From NCBI GenBank assembly GCA_965112735.1, contig OZ218954.1, positions 4,278,001 through 4,342,000 on the forward strand: a stretch of 64,000 bases of DNA, written 5' to 3'. The translations under genes were made by a program, and so were the position numbers. The DNA comes from Phaeosaccion multiseriatum. Taxonomy: Eukaryota; Protista; Ochrophyta, other classes. Shown here in pieces: positions 33,682-45,404 of the stretch (position 1 is the stretch's first letter; the number at the start of each line of letters is the position of its first letter). A model generated the notes under the pieces. It searched no databases. It worked only from the letters and a program-made list of their open reading frames with translations, and was not told where the DNA came from.

Positions 33682-34106
33682 TCTTAAACGGAGATGGACT
33701 TCCAAACTGTTGAGTGTCCCACAAACTCACTCCCACACGCGCGGAGGGAACGGTGAGAGAGAGAAAAGGTAAAGAAATCATCTTTTTCTTTGTGCATATT
33801 CAAAAGAGTGGCCAATAATGTGGCCGAAACTCCCGCTGGCAATTTACTGAGCGTTCAGTACTGGAGGCCACCAGACCAGAGGAACAGGGGAAGCAGATGT
33901 TCGCCATGAATGCACGCTTTCATCAGTCCTCCTCCCTTCCTCCTTCCTTCTCGTCAAGCAGTCCTCCTTCCTTCGTGTCAAGCAGTCTCCTTCCTTCGTG
34001 TCAAGCAAGCAGTCTCGCATCTTCCCTACCACTCACTCTCAACCCCTCAACCCGTTCTCGTCAAGCAATCCTCCCTCCTTGTCAAGCAGTCCTCCCCCAT
34101 TGTTCT

Positions 34107-34682
34107 TCAGTCGTTCTTCGTGTCCTCATCGGCAGTCTTGGCGGGAAACCAAGGCACGAGGCGGGATGTGCTTTTCTGAGGGAGTCGATGACAGGAGGGA
34201 AACGGGGCAACGGGGGCATGGGTATGGGGGAGGGGGAAGTGGTTATACAGTATGGAGAGGAAGTCCTCGGGTCCTACCCTCTCTGTCCTGACCCCACGTA
34301 CCACACGCACCTGGTACTGCTCGTACTCAGGGTACTTGCGACGTGTGATACCCTCCGTCATTGTCGTACTCCCCTGGAACAGCAGCATCAGCACCACCAC
34401 CCCTACGAAACTCCAATTGAGATCAGCGACCTCCTGCCACGTGTCGGCAATAGAGGCATTGCTGTTTGAGGGAGGCGGGTGGGGATCGGGTGGGCGGGTG
34501 GGTGGAGGGAGAAACGGAGGAGGAAGGGGAAAGGGGAAGGGACGATGTAAATAGATGTATGGTTCTGTAAGGGGTAGCCCAATACGAAGGGCAGCTTGGT
34601 TCAGTAGCGGGTCCCCCCACACGCACACACACACGCACACACACGCACACACACGCAGACACACACACGCACACACACGCAT

Positions 34683-34718
<36 letters not shown>

Positions 34719-36857
34719 CTTCACACACGCAAGACGCACAGACAGCCACACACACACTTACACACACTAGCCCTCCCTCTCCCTTCTCTCCCTCCCTCTC
34801 TCTCTGTCAGTCGCTGTCCTTCCGCTCTCTCTCTCTCCCTCTCCCTCTCCCTCCCCGCCCCCTCTCTCTAGGTCGCCCTGGCTCACCTAAAGAGGGCGAA
34901 GGCCACCCACACGGTCTGCTCGAAGAAGAAGTTCGGATGCCGACACAGGGCAAACAGTCCTGAGGTGCAAAAACCCTTCGCGTAGTCGCCATCTGAAACT
35001 GTAAGAGGCTTGCCCGCGGCCTTGAGTCTATACTTCTCCGATTGAAAGGACCACTGCTGCTGGTCGGCCACAGCTTCTCCTATTATCGCCTGGAGACAGC
35101 AAAAACAGCAGCACAGGAAGGACGGAGGGAGGGGAAGAAGGAGGGAGGCAGGGAGGGAGGGAAGGAGGCAGGGACAATGAGTGATGATTCTGATGAAGTT
35201 GCAACAACTTTAAAACAAAAAAAGAACAACAATGGGAGGGGGGAAGAAGCCAACATGGCAACAGGAGATTAAAGAAAAGGAGAGAAAGAGAGAGGGGGGG
35301 GGAGGAGGAGAGAAGGAGAGAGTGTGGAGAAAGAGAGAGGGAGGGAGACGAGGAGAGAAAGAGAGAGAGTGTGTGGAGAAAGGTATAGGGAGGGAGAGGG
35401 AGAGAGAAAGAGAGAGAGTGTGTATATGTATGCTTCTCACCAGGAACATGGTCGTGGCCGCAGCGGCGTCGAACCGGTTCAGAGCAGTGCCTCTCTGGGC
35501 ATAGGCGAAGGCGAGGGGCAGAGTGATGGCCATCAACAGCACGTGTTGGAATATGCTGATAAAGAGCAGGTTGAACACCGGCCACAGAAGCTTCGGGATG
35601 ACCTGCTCACTCACACCAAGCCATGAGGAGAGGGAAGGGGTGTGAGAGGAGTATTGAGCAAGAGGAGAGGAGGGAAGGCGCGGGAGTGATGAGCACTCGT
35701 CCAGGGTGCAGCAGGAGCAGCAGGAGCAGCAGTAGGAGCAGCAGCAGGAGCAGCAGCAGCAGCAGCACCACCAGGTCTCGCAACCGTAGCTATGGCAGCT
35801 CTGGTAACAACTGCCTGCTAAGATCGGTCCATACCTCTTCTACCCATATGCCTGCTCACCTTTCTCAGCTCTAACCACCTGTAGTCCTCGCCCTCCCAGG
35901 CGTAGCCTCCCCTGATGTGCGAAGGAACAAAGGAAGGAAGGAAGGAAGGAAGGAAGGAAGGCGTGGGAAGTGTACATCGCCCGAGTAAGAGATGCGGCAA
36001 TGGGGAGAAGACGGAGCAAGAGGAAGAGAGGTTTCCCACAGGGGCAGAAGGATATGTCTATGAGTGGAGGATACAGTGACTATCAATGTAGAAGACAATT
36101 TCATAACGAACAAGAGAGAGGGAGAGAGACAGAGTGACGGAGAGGCCTAGGCCCTACCGGCCATCTCTACCCTCCTTCCCAAAGCGCACCTCCTCCAGAA
36201 GTTGAAGGTGAGACGACATCCCCATAGAGTGACAAGGAGGGCCATGAGCAAGCAGCGAGGGTCCAAGTGGGATGCGAAGAGGGGCGACTCTTCGTCTGCA
36301 CCCTTCAGCCCGTACTGCCCTTCATCTTCACCGCCCCCCGATCGTGCGGCAAATATCCATGCGTACACCACTGGGGCGATGCTCCACAGTCTATCCACGC
36401 TGTCTCGGTCGTGGTGGAGAGCGGAGGAGGCAAGGGGAGGGGAGATGAGCTAACCATTTTTTTGCCTTACCACCGCATACGTAAGTCTCGGGGACACACG
36501 CTAACCAAGGAAGGACATAAGCAGCAGCGCAGCACTCAGTAAAGTAAATCCAGATCTCGCTTGCAACCACCCCCTTCTTTTCAGCTTCCCTCTTTGTTCC
36601 GTTGATTTTTGTTCGTTGCCTTGAGACACACACACGTACGTCGAGCAGTTTCCCGTAATGGTACTCGACAGGAACGAGTACGCGGCACACAGCGCACAGA
36701 GCAGCATTGCAGCGATGAGTGGGTTGGATTCGCCCGAGGAGAGCGCAAGGAGCGACCGAGGCCATTCCGTCACAGGGGACGCCAAAACTGCTGGCAGCTG
36801 CTCGTGCCAGAAAGGCTCCAGCACCCCGCTCACGAGCGAGTGGATACAGCACGCCAT
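34107..36857 (-). CDS. DUF1295 (steroid 5-alpha-reductase-like) membrane protein
   Basis: [88 protein letters not shown] over seven exons. Confidence 0.93.
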
Positions 36858-37005
36858 CTCCCGTTAGAATGCGTCGAGTGTAAGTAGATGCGATGGTGGT
36901 GATAATTGTTGAAGAGAAGAATTACGCCCTAGAGAGAGAAGAAATTTAAGGCAAGTGGTTGTCCAAATCTGTGAGCACATCCACTCACGCCTTTCAGTTC
37001 TTGGT

Positions 37006-37231
37006 GGCTGCGCCGGCCGTAATCAGTAATCAGCCCCCGGCTGGAGCATAATCAGTAATCAGGTCGGCTGCGCCGGCCGTAATTACTAATCAGATAGGTC
37101 GAGGCCTAGGCCTAGAACCGCCGGCCTAGGGAGAAAAAATGGCCGGCCTAGAGCGGCCAACGGCCGCCGGCCTAGGCCTAGAGCGGCTGTAGGCCGCTCG
37201 GCCTAGGGCCTAGAGCATAGGCTTCTAGGCC
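37006..37231. repeat. Cluster of TAATCAG doublets and GGCCTAG motifs with GCCGGC linkers
   Basis: GGCTGCGCCGGCCGTAAT twice, TAATCAGTAATCAG twice, many GGCCTAG copies. Confidence 0.75.
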
Positions 37232-37239
37232 AGTCTGGA

Positions 37240-37766
37240 GCCGACTCCCCAGACGCGCCCTCTCCGGAGCTCGCGACCCAACCTATGCCCACCCGGCGCA
37301 TATGCTAGACCTAACCCTGAGTAACAACATTTGCAGGACGGCCTTGCATGTGCTTCACACGGACACCAGACCGGGAGCGGCAGCAGCCCAGCCACAGCGA
37401 GACCCGCAAGGAGCGACACTAGCTACAGGGGCATCATCATCTACGAACGAGAGCGCGTTCGCCTCTCCACATTCGCCATCGAAACCCACGGTCGACTCGG
37501 CGCACAGGCGCAATCGCTCCTCCACGCACTCGCCGAGCACGTGGTGACCCTCACGGGCCGCACTGGCTCCTCCACCACCAAGCAAGGGCCACGTCCTGAC
37601 CAGACTTCGCTGTCCCCTCAGCTGCAGCCACCAGATACGGCTCTCGGAGCGCGAGCGCGCCTTCCTGGGTCGGCTCAACCGCGGAGCCGGTCCTGCACTC
37701 CCCCTCGCTCCCGCCCTAGAGGGGGAGTAACCGGCCCCTCGAGGGCCCCGGAGACACAGCGATACC

Positions 37767-37822
<56 letters not shown>
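37240..37822 (+). mobile_element. 5'-truncated, degraded non-LTR retrotransposon end, restriction-like endonuclease (CRE-like) type, with (CA)n tail
   Basis: Frameshifted LDLTL...PGAAAA...ETRKERH(Y)...FAIETHGRLGAQAQSLLHALA, typical of RLE C-termini; 3' about 200 bp plus (CA)n repeated at 44990-45208. 5' boundary approximate. Confidence 0.75.
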
Positions 37823-37824
<2 letters not shown>

Positions 37825-37911
37825 AGCGACCCTGGTTCCTGGTCCTGGCCGGCGCCAGCCGGCCTGGTTCCTGGTTCTGGGCTGGCCTGTCTCAACCATG
37901 TGAGGGGGCGA
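37823..37911. mobile_element. Right-end fragment of a related TIR element (CTGGTTC-doublet type)
   Basis: Shared with 44894-44952; ends ATGTGAGGGGGCGA, similar to the MITE right TIR; contains GCCGGCGCCAGCCGGC also present in MITE copy 2. Confidence 0.6.
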
Positions 37912-38880
37912 CTGAGTCAGTGGGGCCGTGACGACGTGATGATGCTGCAGACGGTTTCAGCGATGCTTGTCAAGGGCATTGCAGCAGCCAAGTGTACCGA
38001 CATGGAGTCCTGGCTGACGGCCATCAAGGCCTGGATGGCAGTGGACGACGAGCTGCAGAGCGTTAGGGCGGGGCAAGTGCTTGGCGAGGGGCCTTTGCCC
38101 GGGCAGGAGTGGGGAGGAGGCAGAAGCAGCAGCGGCGGTGGCACCTCAGCGGGGCCGAGGGCGAGCGGCGAGGTGGGCTTACTGAGTCTCATGCACGCTA
38201 ATCGTCACACACGTACGAGATGGACCTTCCGCTCTTTGGCGGCTGTGGCTGAGGCGATGGTGACAGTGCCGGCCATTGGCGCCTACTACATGGCGCCGCT
38301 CAACACCGACTGGATGCTCCGGCATGTCTGCAACATGCACTTGTCGATGTCGACTTTGTCTGTCGGTGGGGGGGGGGTGGCAGTGGATGGGTGGACAGAG
38401 CTTCGGCGGAGGAAGTGGCGACACATCTTCGGGCCTTTGAGCAGACGTACCGCCCGGGGTGTAGCGAACATCTTTGGTCGGTGGAGGAGGAGCAAAGTGG
38501 GGCAGCGGCAATCATGGTAGGGGCAGAGGAGGCAGGGGCAGAGGTGGGTGAGGGAGTGTATGACCACATGGTGCAGCAGGTGGCTGGGGCAAGTGGGGCA
38601 GGAGCGATGGCAGTGGCTGGCATTGTTGGCAATGGCAATGGGAATGGCAACAATGGCAGGCCGCCATCGTGTCACTGGTGGGGAAGCGGTGGTACACAGA
38701 CGCCTCCGCTCCGTCTTCGCTCATTTGGATGCTGCAAAACAACCTCGCTCAGCGGCTGCGCCTCACCATGACCCTTGCTGCGCATGATGCCAACGGCACG
38801 CCAACCAACTTTAAGTGCCCGTGGGCGAGGTCGAAGTGGATGTTCCTGCGGGAGGGAAGGGCATCATCTTTGCAGCTAGC
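37912..38880 (+). pseudogene. Unidentified coding fragment between mobile elements
   Basis: Protein-like, non-repetitive sequence spread over three overlapping frames; no clean start; bounded by TIR elements. Confidence 0.35.
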
Positions 38881-38901
38881 TCGTACGAAGATCGACCCTG
38901 G

Positions 38902-39117
38902 TCGAGCCCGACCCCTGACACGCTATCCGCTATCCGCTATCGCCGGCGCGCTATCCGCTATCCCGGCGATCGCCGGCGCGCTATCCGCTATCCCGCCGCC
39001 AGCCAGCGCGCTATCCGCTATCGCCGGCGCCAGCCGGCACGCTATCCGCTATCGGCCGGCGCCAGCCGGCGCGCTATCCGCTATCGAGAAAGTGGGCGAT
39101 AGCGTGTCAGGGGTCGA
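38902..39117. mobile_element. MITE copy 2
   Basis: TCGA(gcccga)CCCCTGACACGCTATC ... GATAGCGTGTCAGGGGTCGA; interior made of GCTATCC and GCCGGC motifs; CCCTGG on both flanks (38896-38901, 39118-39123). Confidence 0.9.
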
Positions 39118-39561
39118 CCCTGGGCAAGACTGGCACCTGGCACCGAATGAGTGGAAGTAGTACGTTCCCGTATCGGAGGGCACCGGATGAGATGAGGTGG
39201 TGGTGGTGGTGGTGGTGGAGGAGGAGGAGGAGGAGAGGAGGAGGAGGCAGGCATTCTTTCAAAAGAGAGAGATTTATCTTCATAAAAGTAGTACGTTCGA
39301 GTACGTAGTAGTACGAGGAAGGGGGAAAAATAAGCAGATGGACCCGTTTTGCGCGCTAAAAATAGTAGCTGCATTGCCAAAACGCGCTTTAATTATAAAA
39401 ATGAATTAATCAACACAATGCGTAATTCGTCCCTTCTCTTGTGCACGCATGGGAGGATGGAGAGGCGCTGTACAGCCCCCTCCCCGCGCCCATCTTTTCT
39501 CCATCACCCCTTATCCCACCTCTCTCTATCCGTCTATCTGTCTCTCTCTCCCTCTCCTCTC

Positions 39562-39596
<35 letters not shown>

Positions 39597-39944
39597 CCAC
39601 AGTCCACAGTGGCTGCATCCAGCCACGCGTGAGTCCTGCGTCTACAATTATTTTTGGATCCGTCTCCTAAGTCGTGTGTCTAGTAACAAACAGATCATGG
39701 ACATCTCGGTGAACCCATCGCCATATCGTCATCGCCTACCGTCTCCTTCGGTGTTTTGTTGCACGCGCAGAATCTGAGCAAAGCAACGGCTTCGGCAAGC
39801 ATTTTGCCGCCAAAAAGTCACGCAAAAACAAAATCAAGCCACCCCCAGACACTGCACATTATTCACCCTGCAAGGGGTCGTTTTGTTGTCCCCCCCTGTC
39901 TGTGCGCCCCCCCCTCTCCCCCTCCTTCCTCCTCCTTGTGTTAG

Positions 39945-41336
39945 CTAGCTGCAGGCTCCCAACAGGCGGGCCGCCAGATCAGCCTTAAGGCCCTCGGTTG
40001 ACATTTCTCTCTTCGACAGCTCTTTTTTCAAATCTGAAACCCTGAGAGCCTTAATTTCCGCCGCGCTCAGAGCTCCTCCTCCTCCTCCTCCTCCTCCTCC
40101 TCCTCCTCCTCCTCCTCCTCCTCCTCCTCCTCCTCCTCCTCCTCCTCCACCTCCTCCCCCTTCTCCCATGTTCAAGAGTACTACTCCTATGTTTATATTT
40201 GCTACTCCTACTCCTCCTCCTTCTCCTCCTCCTCCTCCTCCTCCTCCTCCTCCTCCTCCTCCTCCTCCTCCTCCTCCTCCTCCTCTTCCTCCTCCTCCTC
40301 GTCCTCCTCCTCCTCCTCCTCCTCCTCCTCCTCCTCCTCCTCTGGCTCCCAACAGGCGGGCCGCCAGATCAGCCTTAAGGCCCTCGGTTGACAGTTCTCT
40401 CTTCGACAGCTCTTTTTTCAAATCTGAAACCCTGAGAGCCTTAATTTCCGCCGCGCTCAGAGCTCCTCCTCCTCCTCCTCCTCCTCCTCCTCCTCCTCCT
40501 CCTCCTTCTCCTCCTCCTCCTCCTCCTCCTCCTCCTCCTCCTCCTCCTCCTCCTCCTCCCCCTCCTCCACCACCACCTCCTCCTCCTCCTCCTCCTCCTC
40601 CTCCTGTTCCTCCTGCTCCTCCTCCTCCTCCTCCTCCTCCTCCTCCTCTGGCTCCCAACAGGCGGGCCACCAGATCAGCCTTAAGGCCCTTGGTTGACAG
40701 TTCTCTCTTCGACAGCTCTATTTTCAAATCTGAAACCTTGAGAGCCATAATTTCCGCCGCGCTCAGAGCTCCTCCTCCTCCTCCTCCTCCTCCTCTGGCT
40801 CCCAACAGGCGGGCCACCAGATCAGCCTTAAGGCCCTTGGTTGACAGTTCTCTCTTCGACAGCTCTTTTTTCAAATCTGAAACCCTGAGAGCCTTAATTT
40901 CCGCCGCGCTCAGAGCTCCTCCTCCTCCTCCTCCTCCTCCTCCTCCTCCTCCTCCTCCTCCTCCTCCTCCTCCTCCTCCTCCTCCTCCTCCTCCTCCTCC
41001 TCCTCCTCCTCCTCCTCCTCCTCCTCCTCCTCCTCCTCCTCCTCCTCCTCCTCCTCCTCCTCCTCCTCCTCCTCCACCACCACCTCCTCCTCCTCCTCCT
41101 CCTCCTCCTCCTCCTCCTGCTCCTCCTCCTCCTCCTCCTCCTCCTCTGGCTCCCAACAGGCGGGCCACCAGATCAGCCTTAAGGCCCTTGGTTGACAGTT
41201 CTCTCTTCGACAGCTCTTTTTTCAAATCTGAAACCTTGAGAGCCATAATTTCCGCCGCGCTCAGGAGCTCCTCCTCCCCTCCTCGTCCTCCTCCTCCACC
41301 ACTAGTCTGGGACATCTTCTTGTCGTAGTTGCACAT
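39945..41336 (-). CDS. Five tandem SAP domains joined by poly-Gly linkers
   Basis: LSAAEI(M/K)AL(K/R)VSDLKKELSKRELST(K/E)GLKADL(V/A)ARL five times, all in frame; true start may lie in upstream exons. Confidence 0.8.
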   Translation of the reverse strand: MCNYDKKMSQTSGGGGGRGGEEELLSAAEIMALKVSDLKKELSKRELSTKGLKADLVARLLGARGGGGGGGGAGGGGGGGGGGGGGGGGGGGGGGGGGGGGGGGGGGGGGGGGGGGGGGGGGGGGGGGGGGGGGGGGGGGALSAAEIKALRVSDLKKELSKRELSTKGLKADLVARLLGARGGGGGGGGALSAAEIMALKVSDLKIELSKRELSTKGLKADLVARLLGARGGGGGGGGGGAGGTGGGGGGGGGGGGGGGGGGGGGGGGGGGGGGGGEGGGGGGGGGGGGGGALSAAEIKALRVSDLKKELSKRELSTEGLKADLAARLLGARGGGGGGGGGGGGGRGGGGRGGGGGGGGGGGGGGGGGGGGEGGGVGVANINIGVVLLNMGEGGGGGGGGGGGGGGGGGGGGGGGGGGGGGALSAAEIKALRVSDLKKELSKREMSTEGLKADLAARLLGACS

Positions 41337-42119
41337 GGCTGAGCTTCCTGTCCCCCGCAGAGGAGATGGGGGGAGGGGGGCAGAGGGGGGGCGAGAGAGA
41401 GGCAGAGCAGGGGGACGGGGAGAGAGAGAGAGAGCGAGAGAGAGAGAGAGAGAGAGAGCGAGGACAGAGAGAGGAGGGAAAGGGAATTGAGCAGCACAAG
41501 CGTTACTTTGTGCGCAGTACAAGCGCGCATGGTGTTGGTGTTGAAAGACTTACGAGCAAGTCTTCAGGCCTCCTCGTCTTCAGGCCTTCTCGCTAAAGAG
41601 CGCCACCCCTTCTTCCCTCCCGCACCCTCTCCCTCCCTCGCTCCCCCCTTCATTTCCTCCCTCCCTCCCTCCCTCATTTACTCCCTCCCTCCCTCCCTCC
41701 CTCACTCACTCACTCACTCACCACACAAGTTGTTTGAAGGACTTGCTTGATTGTGCGAGAGCCTTTTGTGGTGTGTGCTTGATATTGTGCGAGAGCTTCG
41801 GTTTATTTATTTCCATTTTCTGTAAATTTTGTTCACGAGCGCCGATTGAGGATTGAGCAAGCGCCGAGAAGGGCGACGGAAGTCAACAATTCCATCGCAC
41901 TGAAACGCAAACCAAAAGCCCTCCCTTCTTCCGTGCTTCTTCCCATTTTAGAGGGTACTTCCTTCTCTGCGAGGAAGCGTGGGACTACTACACAGTACTG
42001 GGGAGGAGTTTCAGAACTGTCGCGCAACGTGCATCATCTTTGCAATAATACCATTTGAACAGTGGCACAGCACCAACAGGGAGAGAGAGAGGGGAGGCGT
42101 AGAGGGCAGCAGCAGCTAG

Positions 42120-44595
42120 ATCATCGCCTTCAAGCTCCCTCCCAACCTGACAGACTCGGAGCTGGGGAAGGCAGACCGACTCTGCGTGCAAGACAGCGTA
42201 GACCTCCGGGAGGAGAAGGATGCGTCTGCGCTGCACGACCGTTTGGATGAGTTGAGGGAGAGCGTACTCGGCCGGGGCGGTGGAGAGGGGTGCGGTGAAG
42301 ATAGAGTGGAGGATGGGAATGGCCATCACGACGGCGTGGCTTCCATCGCAAGCCAGGAGAACTTCTATCTGATGTACTGCTTCGTGAGGTGAGTGGGTGC
42401 TTGTGCGCGGCCGCACGCGGCCGACACTTCAAAAATGTAACAGGATGGATGAGGGGAGATGGGGGAAGCGGAGCAGCAAATTTAGCAAAAAGGAGGAAAG
42501 GGAGAGAGGAGGGACGCTTTATAAAACGGGGCTCGCGATCTTGGCTTCCCTCCCACCGAACCCCTCCTTTCCCCACTCCGCCCCCGCCCCCACCCCCTCC
42601 TTTCCCCTCTCCTCGCGAAAACAGGGACTTTCGACACGTGCAGGGTTCCGTCCAGAAGGGGGTCCTTGACACGCTCGAATGCGTGGTGGAGGACCTTGTC
42701 CAGCACATTGAGCCCTCGCCCTTGTCCCAGCAGGCGCGACGCAGGGCCAGGGGCAAGAGATGGGGGGAAGACTGGGCTTCGGCGGGCATGAAGCAGGAAG
42801 GCCGGGACACAGGAGCAGAGGACAGTGGGCAGGGGCAGGGACAGGGACAGGGTCAGTTCCTGCAGGTGAAAAATGCCTTCCAGATTGCTGTCTTCTTTCT
42901 GTTTACGGTCACGATGAAGGCCGAGGCCGTCTTCTCCAACAGCAAGGAGAACGAGAGTCTCGAGAGACAAGCCAACGGGAGAGGGGGAGGGGCGAGAGGC
43001 GGCAAGAAGAAGGGCCCCGCGGCGGGCGGGGATGCCGCAGCAGCAGCAGCCGCGGCGGCAGGAAGAGAGCTTCAGTGGGAGACCGCGAGAGAGGGAGCGC
43101 TGTCCATCCTAGTGGAGGCCCTTCGCTGCGACCGCTCCCGCTTGTGGCACTTGGGCATCCCTGCGGAGGACTTTGTGAACCTCTTCCTCCGCTTGGGCTA
43201 CAGCCTACTCGAGCTGCCCCACACCATGCTCGCAGGTAGCAGGCTCGTCAAGCTGCTGGCCTTTCAGCTCGTGACGCTGTCTTTCCAGGCTTCGCAGAGT
43301 GTCACCGCAGGGGTCAGTGCATGCATCTTACAAATGGTCAACGCGCACGATCACCTTCCCCCCGCCATGGCGGAGTTGTGCAGAGGGCTGGCAAGGGGCG
43401 AGCACAGGGACTCCCGCCTTGCCGCCGATTTGCTGAGAGAGCTCGGCAGGATGGACCTCAACCACGCTGATGCAGGTGCGTGCGTGCAGACGACACGGGG
43501 AGAGGTTGGAGAGAGAGAGAGAGAGAGGCAGAGAGAAGGGGAGATTAAGAGGGGGTGACTCGTTGGTTCATTCGAGTGGGCCCACCCAACCTCTGCGGCC
43601 TTGCAGGGACTTGTCTATACCTGAGACTGTTTGGGGGGGTTGGCGCTTCCTACCCAACCTACCCCTTCCCCTCTATCTCGTCTCGCACCTCTCTTCTTTC
43701 TTGGACCCCTTGGGCCTCCTCCTTTCTAGGGCGGCGAGGCTGTTCTTCGCTCCTATCCCTTGCCTCCCGTCCCCCTGCCCAGTCCTCCCCTCCCTCCCCT
43801 CACTTCCCTTCCTCCCCCCTCTCCTCTCCTCCCCGCCCCTCCCCACCCATCCTCAGTCCTGACACACCTCCCACCCTGTTCTGACACCCACCCACCCCAC
43901 CCACCCCCTCTGTCCTGACACCCACCCACCGACCCTGTCCCGCCCTCAGGCAAGAACGCTGCCGGAGTGCGTAACATGTCCAAGTTCCTTGAGGAGATGA
44001 GCACTGCCTTGCCCGGTGTCGTGCTTGCCAACCTCTCTGTACTGCTGCCTCACTTTCAAAGCGAGCCCTATGCCATTCGCAGCGCGCTGGCGGGCTGTCT
44101 GGCCAACATCCTCTGTGCGGGTGCCGAATATGAGAGGAGGGAGAAGGATCATGCGGCCGGCAGGGCAGTGGAGCAGGAGGGGGAGGAGGAGGAGGAGGAG
44201 GAGGATGGAAGCGATGGACAGGTAGGAGGGGAGGGGCTTCGGCGCATCGTAGCGCGAGAGAGGAACAGAGACAGAGAGAGAACAGAACGTCTGGGGGGGC
44301 AATGTGTTTTGTGTTTTTTTGAAGGTTTGTTGCGGTGCAAGTTGCTGCCCCGCCCCCCCCCCCTCTGTAACTAATGCCCATCCACTGACATCCACTGCCA
44401 TCCCATCCCATCCCATCCCCTTCATCCATCCACCCAGGTGAAGGTTGATACCAAGACGCGAGACAAGCTGCTGGACATTCTGGAGAAGCGTGTCAGGGAC
44501 GTCAACGCCTTCTCTCGATCCGCCGTGCTCAAGGCCTGGGCCACCCTCAGCGAGGAGAGGGCCGTTCCGCGCAATCGAATCCAAGATGTCGCCAG
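42120..44595 (+). pseudogene. NCAPD2: Condensin I subunit CAP-D2 (Ycs4/Cnd1) N-terminal part, truncated
   Basis: LWHLGIPAEDFVNLF, LAADLLRELGRMD, GVRNMSKFLEEMS, LLPHFQSEPYAIRSAL, RDKLLDILEKRVRDVNAFSRSAVL; expected start reads ATC after an in-frame TAG; no further CAP-D2 exons seen after the 44596 donor. Confidence 0.85.
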
Positions 44596-44888
44596 GTGAG
44601 TGGGTATATTATGTCCATATATGGGTTTGTTGAGAGAGAGCGAGCGAGGGAGTTTGCTTGGGAGGGAGGGAGGGAGGGAGGGGGTTGGGGATTTGGGGAT
44701 TTGATTCAAAGGGTATGTTTGTCCCCTCCCCCGCTCCCCCTCCCCGGCGGATGAGGGATGGCGGCAGTCAAGCTCAAGCTCCGATCGATCCTGCTCGCTC
44801 CTCTTTGCGGGAGGCGGCCGGCCGCCCCCCCCCTACCTCACCCAGGCAACTCTGGTGATGGTGGTGGTTGGGGGGGGGGGGTTGGCGC

Positions 44889-44952
44889 GGTTCTGAGCGA
44901 CCCTGGTTCCTGGTTCTGGGCTGGCCTGTCTCAGAACCATGTCAGGGGCCGA
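44889..44952. mobile_element. Second CTGGTTC-doublet TIR-element fragment
   Basis: Matches 37823-37911; internal inverted repeat GGTTCTGAG/CTCAGAACC; ends ATGTCAGGGGCCGA. Confidence 0.6.
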
Positions 44953-44970
44953 GTAATGAACTCTCAGAAC

Positions 44971-45161
44971 TCGACCCCTCACATATCCTCGTCCTGACCA
45001 GACTTCGCCGTCTCGTCAGCTGCAGCCACCAGATACGGCTCTCGGAGTGAGAGCGCGCCTTCCTGGGTCGGCTCAACCGCGGAGCCGGTCCCGCACTCCC
45101 CCTCCCCGCCCTAGAGGGGGAGTAACCGGCCCCTCGAGGGCCCCGGAGACACAGCGATACC

Positions 45162-45213
<52 letters not shown>

Positions 45214-45404
45214 TCCACACTTTCAGTTTCTTAGGTGATTCCTATTAAGTCAATAAAGACCTTACCCCCTCACATATTATCACTATCCGCTATCTGCTAT
45301 CCGCTATCGCCGGCTTTGGGGGGGGCGTGCTATCCGCTATCGCCGGCGCCAGCCGATCCGCTATCCGCTATCGAGAATGTGGGCGATAGTGCGTCAGGGG
45401 TCCA
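44971..45404. mobile_element. MITE copy 3 carrying a nested retroelement fragment
   Basis: Left TCGACCCCTCACAT, right GATAGTGCGTCAGGGGTCCA, GCTATCC array at 45281-45372; flanks CAGAAC/CTGAAC (5 of 6 match). Confidence 0.8.
44990..45208 (+). mobile_element. CRE-like retrotransposon 3' end with (CA)n tail
   Basis: Near-identical to 37592-37822. Confidence 0.8.

Noticed and set aside
38920-39085. CRISPR-like repeat array
   Set aside because: Short motifs without unique spacers, inside MITE TIRs; no cas genes; eukaryotic context.
40168-41328. Plus-strand polyproline (extensin/formin-like) ORF
   Set aside because: Antisense shadow of the SAP gene; the minus strand carries the real domain.
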